DNA of 36,292 bases from contig CAXSGP010000046.1 in the NCBI GenBank assembly GCA_964236955.1, positions 1-36,292 of the forward strand. Reading direction: 5' to 3'. Source of the stretch: an uncultured Oligoflexus sp. (GTDB taxonomy: Bacteria > Bdellovibrionota_B > Oligoflexia > Oligoflexales > Oligoflexaceae). Below, piece after piece: positions 29,201 to 36,292 of this stretch. The position numbers were made by a program, and so were the translations under genes. Under the pieces are notes generated by a model. That model was not told the DNA's origin. It searched no databases and was given only the letters and a program-made list of their open reading frames with translations. The number at the start of each line of letters is the position of its first letter. The stretch's first letter is position 1.

Positions 29201-30553
29201 ATGTTTAACTTAAGATATTGGCCGTTGTGGCTAGGCCTGTTTCTGTTGCCACGACCACTGGCCGCAACTCCCGGCTCGCCTGCGGTATTCTGTAAAAAAT
29301 ATCCGACATCCTTTCTCTGCATGAATAATCAGGCCTCTTGCAATACCTGCCATAACTCCCCGCCCAGCCTGAATCCCTACGGAGCCGACGTCAAACGCAA
29401 TCTTGCGGGCAGTATTGCCGAGACCCTGATCCATAGTCTCGATCAGGTCGCCGCTCTCGACAGCGACGGGGATGGGGTAACGAATATCGATGAAATTATG
29501 AATCAGGGCCGCCCCGGTGATGCCTCGGTCAGCCCAGTAATCAAAGCCAGCCTAAGCTATGACCCGGTTCAGGCTCTAAAACGAATCAAGGGCATTTACT
29601 GTGGTGATAGCGCAGGATTTGATGAACTGCAGATGATCAGGTCCGCCGCTGAACCGAAGGCACTTCTGCATGAAACGCTCAGTACTTGCCTGAAGAGCAC
29701 ATTCTGGAATAATGAAGCGCTTTTCCGCCTGGCCGATAAGAAGATTCAACCACTCGCAGCGATAGGCTTTGGCGGCAATGTCGTGATCGCCGACTATCGT
29801 TATGACTATAGACTGTTTTCCTATGTCCTAAGCGATGACCACGACGTGCGTGAACTCCTCACAGCTCAGTATCACATCGATAGCAAAGGCAATCGCGTGG
29901 AGGGGACCATCGGCAGGGAAGAGTCCCTGCAGTTTGGAAGCCGGATAGTATTAGGGGGTGGCCAACCCCTAGAACCCTCACGCCGGGCCGGGATGATGAC
30001 GACTCAATGGTTCCTGACATTTTATACCATGTTTTCAGAACTTCCTCGCAACACAGCGTCCCAGGCTTATAGAGAATACCTCGGGATGGACATTGCCAAG
30101 AGTGAAGGCCTTATGCCCGTCGTTAACGAACCTCGCGATGTCGATAATCGCAATGTGGCTCAGCCCGCCTGCGCTGTGTGCCATAGCACTCTTGATCCTC
30201 TTGCCTATTCCTTTTCCGCATATTCCGGCATAGAAGGAAACACTTCAGGAATTCTTTTTAATTCCAGTGGCACTTACAATCCTTCCCGAACCAATTACGA
30301 AGCCGATGGCCACATCCTCGGGGAGCCGGTCGCCGATCTCTTGGATTGGGCTGACAAGGCCAAAAACTCGGAAGCTTTTTCTCGAAATATTGCCAAAATG
30401 ATGTTTACACAGGCTATGAGACGGGATCCTGCAATCGCAGAATTAACGGACTTCGACAGTCTTTGGCAAGGCCTGCCAGCTGATGGTTATTCGGTCAATA
30501 AGATGCTGCATCGGTTCATCGACACGCTGACTTTTGGAGGGCGGACCAAATGA
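29201..30553 (+). CDS. Exported diheme c-type cytochrome, DUF1588/DUF1585 (PSCyt/PSD)-like, with Ca-binding DxDxDG loop
   Basis: Signal peptide, CNTCH and CAVCH heme motifs, DSDGDGVTNIDE, and RRAGMMTT.WFL...CH..LDPLAY.F pattern. Confidence 0.75.
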   Translation: MFNLRYWPLWLGLFLLPRPLAATPGSPAVFCKKYPTSFLCMNNQASCNTCHNSPPSLNPYGADVKRNLAGSIAETLIHSLDQVAALDSDGDGVTNIDEIMNQGRPGDASVSPVIKASLSYDPVQALKRIKGIYCGDSAGFDELQMIRSAAEPKALLHETLSTCLKSTFWNNEALFRLADKKIQPLAAIGFGGNVVIADYRYDYRLFSYVLSDDHDVRELLTAQYHIDSKGNRVEGTIGREESLQFGSRIVLGGGQPLEPSRRAGMMTTQWFLTFYTMFSELPRNTASQAYREYLGMDIAKSEGLMPVVNEPRDVDNRNVAQPACAVCHSTLDPLAYSFSAYSGIEGNTSGILFNSSGTYNPSRTNYEADGHILGEPVADLLDWADKAKNSEAFSRNIAKMMFTQAMRRDPAIAELTDFDSLWQGLPADGYSVNKMLHRFIDTLTFGGRTK

Positions 30554-31245
30554 AATATCTTATAGGGCTTATGGTCTTAGCTTCAGTGTCCTGGCACTGT
30601 TCCTCAAAAAGAGAATCCAGACCAATCGCGCGACCCATTTCATCCCTTCCTCCCGACGACGGGAATGCGGTAGGCGGTGAAAGTGGAGGCACGGCAGCAG
30701 GAGACGGCGAGGGTCTCGGGACCGATCCCGTGGATTCGGCCAATCAAGGGAAGAACACGCTGGTCTGGAAGCGCTATCGTGCTGTTGAAGGCGGGCTCGC
30801 CGCAGCGATGGCCTTGACCAAAGATCAGCTCTGCGCAGAGCTCGGAACGAAATCCTGCGTGAACTCCGTCCATCTATCAGTGCTCGGAGGCAACGAACCC
30901 TTCGTAAATGGACAGTTTGAAGGCGCCCCTACCCCCACCGCTCTGACCGCTGTGGCGATGGATCGAATCGTGATGGCGGCCTGCAGTAAAAGGCTGCAAC
31001 TTGATAAGGCCGTTGGAGCAACGCCTACCGTCTTCAAATACTTTCCCCTCACCGACGCCAAACCCATAGATGCCGACGTTAAACTTCAAGCGGCTGAACT
31101 CTATCGACGCCTTCTGGGCCGGGAACCTGATACCGCAGAAATGCAGCTTATTTCCGCCTTTGGGGCAGCCATGCCAGCGGGCGACAGGCTCGCGCTGAGT
31201 CTTTGTGTGGCGATAGGCACCAGTGCCGAAAATATTTTTCTTTAA
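30550..31245 (+). CDS. Cys-containing hypothetical lipoprotein, coupled to the cytochrome gene
   Basis: ATGA overlap with the upstream stop, SWHC-SS lipobox-like segment, Gly/Asp linker and LYRRLLGREP motif. Confidence 0.75.
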   Translation: MKYLIGLMVLASVSWHCSSKRESRPIARPISSLPPDDGNAVGGESGGTAAGDGEGLGTDPVDSANQGKNTLVWKRYRAVEGGLAAAMALTKDQLCAELGTKSCVNSVHLSVLGGNEPFVNGQFEGAPTPTALTAVAMDRIVMAACSKRLQLDKAVGATPTVFKYFPLTDAKPIDADVKLQAAELYRRLLGREPDTAEMQLISAFGAAMPAGDRLALSLCVAIGTSAENIFL

Positions 31246-31275
31246 GCTTTTCTTTGACATTAAAGGGCTAGACCT

Positions 31276-32712
31276 ATGAAAAAGACAGACCTCAGATTCA
31301 ATCGCCGACATTTGCTCCAGGCTGGTGGGGCCGGTGCCCTTGCATTCGCATTACCGACTCATAAACTGCAAAGCCAAGGTTTGGCCGATGAAACAAAATA
31401 CATCTTTACTATTTGTGCTTTTGGAGGAGCCAGCCTGATCGATAGTTTTCTGGCTCAGGCCTCGGGACCGGCTGCTTTCAACAATATCGTAAAAATTGAT
31501 GGGTCTGTATTTTCAACAGTGCCTCCTTTAAACAACAGCATTCAAGGTGCCATTCCTCTCGGCAACGGCTACAATCAGGTAAGCTTTGTCCAAAAGCACG
31601 GCGCGGACATGGTCGTGATGACCTCGGAAGTATCAAGCGTCAATCACATCATAGGCGCTAAACGGGCGATGAATGGTGACGGCATCAACAATGGGCGAAC
31701 GCTTCCGGAAGCGGTGGCAATGACCTTCGGCGGGAATTGCCCCATCCCGAATCTCATGTTAGCCGGTGGCGGTTTTGCTCTCCACGGCGAGGACACGACA
31801 GTGACAGAGGCAGCCCGGGCCCAAGCTGTCGATGACCCCTTGATGTTTGCCTTTGCCACTCATGGTTACAAGGGACTTCCCCTTGCCTTAAATGCCAGCG
31901 AAATGCAGGCAACGCGCGGCCTTCGCGCTCAGCTTGAAAAAGTATCGCGCTTTCAGACTGATTATGCCGGAGCCAAGATATTGACCACCTATCAGGCCAA
32001 TCGCGAACGGCTGGTCGAGACACTTGAAAAAGGCGATATGGTTACGAAGATGATGATGCTCGATCCGGCCACTAACAAATTAGCCGAATTTGGATTTTCA
32101 ATATCTCCGGATTTTAATAGCGTTCGGGCCAAGTTTCCCAACATGGCCATTGATCCTTTTGAGGCTCGGATGGCACTAGGATTTTTAGCTGCAAAAAACG
32201 GTCTTTCGAATGCAATCTCAATCGGCATAGGCAATAGTCCTCTGGTCACCGCTCAAGGCTCGCCGAATGCGCCGATAGCCTTCGATTGGTCGCATGTTGA
32301 TCATCGCGGAGCTCAAAATGCCATGTGGAGTTATATTCTGAAAAGCATGGATGCATTGATCGATCTTTTAAAGGCAACTGATAGGGATGGGGATCCTTCC
32401 AAGGGCAAGATGTGGGATCGGTCGGTGATATACCTGGCCACTGAATTTGGCCGCGACAAAGTCAACGGCGGTAGCAGCGGCCATCATTTGAATAACGGCG
32501 CTCTTATGATATCCCCACTTTTACAGGGCAACAGAATCTTTGGCGGAGTTGACGCGCTGAGCGGCCTCACCTTCGGGTTTGATCCCAAGTCCGGAGCGGC
32601 CAACACAGCGGCCGTAATGAAGGAGAAACATTGTTACAGCGCAATCGCTCACGCTATGGGACTTGAATTTAACAATCGTATCGACATGCCGGCCTTGGTT
32701 CGCAATGTTTGA
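31276..32712 (+). CDS. Tat-exported DUF1501-family protein
   Basis: FNRRHLL twin-arginine signal; GGASLIDSF, VNH, FDWSHVDHR, ATEFGR and GHHLNNG motifs. Confidence 0.8.
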   Translation: MKKTDLRFNRRHLLQAGGAGALAFALPTHKLQSQGLADETKYIFTICAFGGASLIDSFLAQASGPAAFNNIVKIDGSVFSTVPPLNNSIQGAIPLGNGYNQVSFVQKHGADMVVMTSEVSSVNHIIGAKRAMNGDGINNGRTLPEAVAMTFGGNCPIPNLMLAGGGFALHGEDTTVTEAARAQAVDDPLMFAFATHGYKGLPLALNASEMQATRGLRAQLEKVSRFQTDYAGAKILTTYQANRERLVETLEKGDMVTKMMMLDPATNKLAEFGFSISPDFNSVRAKFPNMAIDPFEARMALGFLAAKNGLSNAISIGIGNSPLVTAQGSPNAPIAFDWSHVDHRGAQNAMWSYILKSMDALIDLLKATDRDGDPSKGKMWDRSVIYLATEFGRDKVNGGSSGHHLNNGALMISPLLQGNRIFGGVDALSGLTFGFDPKSGAANTAAVMKEKHCYSAIAHAMGLEFNNRIDMPALVRNV

Positions 32713-32943
32713 ACCGGAAAGATTCTGATTTCCGGACTCTTGCAATCGGGGACGCTCAAAGTGATCGTAAGACGGGTTGGGGACCGGTCTTTTAAATCCT
32801 CAATCGTTTACGCTGGAATTGTCGGACCATCAATCAACTTTGTGGACTGCTGGCGATAACCGTTCCGCAAACTTGAGAAGGGTCCCAGGGTACACCCCGG
32901 GACGCTCTCCTTCTGTCAATACTTGACTATTTGGCAAAACATA

Positions 32944-33696
32944 TCACGGTCTGAGGAGATGGCCAATCGCCTCATACCAGTAGCCGGACATGACCGCAAA
33001 GCCCGCGTCGTTGGGATGGAGATCATCGGTGAGAAACGCGGTTTTCCAATCCGGTGACAGACGGGTAAAGGCCTCTTGCATGTCGACCAGAACGATGTGC
33101 CTGCCCTTTGCAGAACGCTCCTCCACAAGTCTGTCCATCGAAGCATTCATACTCCGGATGCGAACATTAAAATCATCGTTTCGCGTCAGGGTAAGCTTGC
33201 TTAACACGACGAGGGCGTCCGGTGCATTGTCGGCAATGGTATCAAGCAGAAGCCCCATACGGTTCGGGACCTGCGCAATTTCATAATCCAACACGGCATC
33301 ATTGGTGCCGACGAAGACCAAGACAATATTGGGCTTGTTTAAGCGAAGCGATTCTCCCGTCAATTCCAGAATACCGGCATGACCGGGAACCGTTTGAATT
33401 AAATAGCCGCTATGCCCTTCGTTCGCACGTGGAAACGGCCTATCTCCGATCCTGTCCGGACCCGATTGCATATTTCCCACAAAGGTTAATTCTTTTCCTT
33501 GCGCCCAAGCTTTTTCCAGCAGGGGCTTTCGGTACCCACTGAGGTCGCTCGACCCAGTCCCAAACGTAATCGAAGCACCAAGCGGCATGATTGCGCAAGG
33601 CTTTGGCTGGGGGGGACAGGGATTATAATTTTCCTGAGCTTTTACAACTGTCGGTAGATTTAGAACGAAAAGCAGTCCAAGTAATTGAGATTTCAT
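32944..33696 (-). CDS. Secreted SGNH/GDSL esterase (CE3/XynB-like)
   Basis: IMPLGASITFG, NEGHSG, VGTND and DDLHPN blocks; signal peptide from MKSQ at 33696. Confidence 0.9.
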   Translation of the reverse strand: MKSQLLGLLFVLNLPTVVKAQENYNPCPPQPKPCAIMPLGASITFGTGSSDLSGYRKPLLEKAWAQGKELTFVGNMQSGPDRIGDRPFPRANEGHSGYLIQTVPGHAGILELTGESLRLNKPNIVLVFVGTNDAVLDYEIAQVPNRMGLLLDTIADNAPDALVVLSKLTLTRNDDFNVRIRSMNASMDRLVEERSAKGRHIVLVDMQEAFTRLSPDWKTAFLTDDLHPNDAGFAVMSGYWYEAIGHLLRP

Positions 33697-33906
33697 GTTT
33701 ACTGTTTCCAATGGTTTGATTCCTAAGGTTTTTTGGCATTCGTTTACGGAAATGTCAATGGACTCTGTCTCGGCGATTCAGGAGAAGGGCGACAGCTGGG
33801 CTTTAAACACCCTTCGAACAACCAAGCCAAGTTTGGCAGATTCGAAAACGCCCAAAAAATAGCGCCAAACCCAGGCTGTTACTCATAGCCCAGGGAATGG
33901 TAGGGA

Positions 33907-34020
33907 ATAGGCACAAGCCGGAATAAGGGTTCATAGATTTTGCTGAGGATTTGACTCACGGCAAGTTGGATAAGCTTATCCTCGAAGCAGCCTGTGCTTT
34001 GGCCAACCGCTTCCATCTTG
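33907..34020 (-). pseudogene. Frameshifted fragment of a group II intron-type reverse transcriptase
   Basis: Minus strand reads QDGSGWP / (shift) CFEDKLIQLAVSQILSKIYEPLF / (shift) CAY, matching the RT2/2a pattern DGxxRPLxIxxxEDKxxQxAxxxILxxIYEPxFxxxSY. Confidence 0.65.
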
Positions 34021-34758
34021 CAATACTTTGATGTCCATTTCAAAGTCTACCGTAGTCCTGAGTTCAACAATGGCTTCATCTATGGCAGGGCCTATACTCG
34101 GGACTGAAGCCGCCAGTATATCTCTTATTGCCTTGAAATTTTTAACCCCTAGCGCTTCCCGTTCCTTTGAATTTTCTGAATACGGGACTTTAACAACGAT
34201 AGTGAATTTTCGGACCTTAGAATCTAAGGGAATCTTCGCCAATGCTTTTCGAAGCGTATCACTTACCCAACCATACTTTATAAAGGATGTATCGAGAGGC
34301 ATTTCTTTGCCGCTTTCGTCAAAGACATTTTCTCCCATCACATCACCAGCTCGATAAGCAACGCGATAGTAAGTCGTGGCATAGGGTTTGGCGCTTACGA
34401 TTCCGAGAATCTCTATAGGCGAAGGTAGGAAAGGCGTTACTTTCTTTACGAGGTTCGTATCCAGCACACAAAGCGAAGGGTCGACCGGTGTAAGTGGATT
34501 GTCGAGTATCGCACAGGTGTCGTGATCGTATTTAGGATAGGACTTTACATAGGTAAATAGCTGGTGTTCAACACAAATGGGTGAGACCAGGCCTTCGCAC
34601 TTCGAAGGGCTGACGATCCCTTTGTTTGGCTCATTTTTCGCCCAGGAATTCCCAGTCGCTTTTTCCTGCTCTCGCAGTTCTCCCGGTTTCCCCTCTACTT
34701 CTATTTTTGTGGAACACGACCAAATGAAAAACGCTACAATCAGGATTTTACTTTTCAT
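33976..34758 (-). CDS. Hypothetical lipoprotein, probably 3'-truncated
   Basis: MKSKIL..IWSC lipobox and a Cys-containing domain; its last codons coincide with the RT relic. Confidence 0.65.
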   Translation of the reverse strand: MKSKILIVAFFIWSCSTKIEVEGKPGELREQEKATGNSWAKNEPNKGIVSPSKCEGLVSPICVEHQLFTYVKSYPKYDHDTCAILDNPLTPVDPSLCVLDTNLVKKVTPFLPSPIEILGIVSAKPYATTYYRVAYRAGDVMGENVFDESGKEMPLDTSFIKYGWVSDTLRKALAKIPLDSKVRKFTIVVKVPYSENSKEREALGVKNFKAIRDILAASVPSIGPAIDEAIVELRTTVDFEMDIKVLQDGSGWPKHRLLRG

Positions 34759-34900
34759 ATTCACGCCTAAAATGAGCAATGGACGTAATTGGGGACCAGA
34801 TGAATCGTCTCATGAAAAGCTCGGTTGAGAGCAAGGTGAACAATTTTTTGACAGTTAGATTCAACTATTTATGCCATTATCTCTTATCGGTAATAGTTCG

Positions 34901-35070
34901 GATGTTCTGCAGTAGTAGGAGGGAGAAACCGTATTCTTATGCATTCGGGCGCAAGCCCTGAACAGTCGGCTCAGTAGGAAACTGCTGAGCCGCAAATTTT
35001 TTGCCTCGATCTGACGAACCGAGGTCACAGCAATGTGCAACTTTTCGTCAAAGGAACGTAACTTTTTTTA
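34901..35070 (+). ncRNA. Candidate structured RNA (sRNA or cis-regulatory leader) with GNRA-capped hairpins
   Basis: GGGC-GCAA-GCCC, CGGCTCAGTAG-GAAA-CTGCTGAGCCG followed by a T-run, and TGACGAA..CACA-GCAA-TGTG..TTCGTCA. G-U pairs and GNRA loops favour the plus strand. Confidence 0.45.
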
Positions 35071-35167
35071 GACAGAATAGAGTGTCAAAGCACAGGCTCT
35101 GACAATTATGATTGACCCCTCGGATCATAGGCAATACAAGTAGCTAATGGTAGTAAGGAGATCAGCT

Positions 35168-36292
35168 GTGCGAAATAAGACAAAACTTTTAGTAGCCAAA
35201 ATGGCTTGCATTCTATTAATCTCGACGCCTACGAGTCAAGCGGCTTCCCCCTCCGCTTTGGGTTATGACCGCCTTTTTCAAGAAGAATTCGCGGCAAGTC
35301 CCTGTGAATTGACAGAAGACGATGTTCTTCGAATGTTCCCGGAAATGGGAGCAGCCTATGCCGATGATATTTATAAAGAATGTATATCTGAAAAAGTTAA
35401 ATCAGGGCAGCCGCGGACAGATTGCAATGACGGAGATGAAATTGCGGCAAGATGGGCGACATCCCACAAACCTGCAGTCGATATTCCTTATCTTGAGAAA
35501 CCACAGTTAAACTTTGAGGCCAAAAAACGTTTCAGTGAGTGGAAGAAAAAGCAGATTTGCATCGATATTCCTAAAGTAAAAGAAGTCGTTTCTGCCTTCC
35601 ATGAGGAAGCGGAAGAAGTGTGCCGGAGCGAGGGACTTGCCGCCATTCCACTCTATGAGATTTTCAAAGCAGCTAAAAACAACCCGGAAATTAGCGATGG
35701 AGCGGCTGATCCTAATGAGGTCCCGCACTGGTCTGCCGAAAACAGAGAATCGGCTGCTGTAATATTCGGCGTTGAGGAAGGAGCTAAGCTAGCCAAGGGA
35801 ATGAGAGACAAAGCTCCTCCAGCCTCAACTACTGCGACGACCGACTCGGAGAAACTGACATCGGGAAAAGTTCTGGAGCAAGTGGCGACTGGGGAACATA
35901 CTACAGGAACGGTAACAACTACGACCGCCTCCAGAGTTGATTACCTCAAAGTTGAACAAGTCGTAAAGATAAATGAAAATCTGGCTTTGAAACGCCCTGA
36001 ACTGACGGGAAGAAAACCTGATTTTTCGTGTAAAGGCGATACATGCAAAGACCTCTCAAACGGCGAGCCGTTTCCAAAAAAAGATCTACAGCAGAAACTC
36101 GGCTGCGTAGGTAAGCCTTATACTTGTAGGCCCGATCTAAATTTTGATCCCAAAGAAATTGAAGCTAACTGTATTAGCAAAGAGGAAGAAAAACTGCTGA
36201 TTGAGTCAAGCAAATTTACTCGCGACCCTGATGCATCAATATTTGATAAAGACGATCCGAAAGAGGCCCTCGCTAAAGGAAACTGTGACTCT
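35168..36292 (+). CDS. Large secreted Cys-rich hypothetical protein, 3'-truncated by the window edge (absent from ORF track)
   Basis: AAGGAG RBS at 35155-35160 and GTG at 35168 (MRNKTKLLVAKMACILLISTPTSQA..); the frame stays open for 375 codons to the window end. Confidence 0.85.
   Translation, partial: MRNKTKLLVAKMACILLISTPTSQAASPSALGYDRLFQEEFAASPCELTEDDVLRMFPEMGAAYADDIYKECISEKVKSGQPRTDCNDGDEIAARWATSHKPAVDIPYLEKPQLNFEAKKRFSEWKKKQICIDIPKVKEVVSAFHEEAEEVCRSEGLAAIPLYEIFKAAKNNPEISDGAADPNEVPHWSAENRESAAVIFGVEEGAKLAKGMRDKAPPASTTATTDSEKLTSGKVLEQVATGEHTTGTVTTTTASRVDYLKVEQVVKINENLALKRPELTGRKPDFSCKGDTCKDLSNGEPFPKKDLQQKLGCVGKPYTCRPDLNFDPKEIEANCISKEEEKLLIESSKFTRDPDASIFDKDDPKEALAKGNCDS

Noticed and set aside
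32840..32880. RNGYR on the minus strand, reminiscent of IS256 transposase
   Set aside because: Only five residues match; the flanking motif and terminal repeats are missing.
35011..35060. CTGACGA hammerhead-core-like word
   Set aside because: No correctly placed GAAA/stem III; the segment pairs instead with TTCGTCA.
35322..35728. Short ORFs 35322-35510(+) and 35507-35728(-)
   Set aside because: Both lie inside the longer open frame starting at 35168.

Overview
Accessory-rich bacterial window of roughly balanced GC content. The lineage is inferred to be Bdellovibrionota/Oligoflexia-like from the MCP tip signature ([29 protein letters not shown]), a membrane-anchored CheA-like kinase and many orphan lipoproteins. 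From left to right it holds: the 3' end of a hybrid histidine kinase; a TolC-MFP-RND-PepSY efflux operon divergent from a putative beta-barrel gene; a small Cys-rich secreted protein; a ricin-lectin pseudogene fragment; an eRF1-like small protein; a DUF421 gene pair; a membrane-tethered LuxR; nudK; a CheA-like kinase plus MCP; and a PAS hybrid kinase. These are followed by a lipoprotein with a fungal-looking lipocalin-like domain, an orphan lipoprotein, LysR, a trypsin-like protease, a DUF1566-like lipoprotein and a His/Pro-repeat DUF4142 protein. The right end carries a diheme cytochrome/lipoprotein/Tat-DUF1501 operon, an SGNH esterase, a lipoprotein ending in a group II intron RT relic, a GNRA-rich structured intergenic element and a partial Cys-rich secreted ORF absent from the ORF track. 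No rRNA, complete tRNA, CRISPR array or intact mobile element was seen. All family assignments come from motif recognition by eye, not from database searches.
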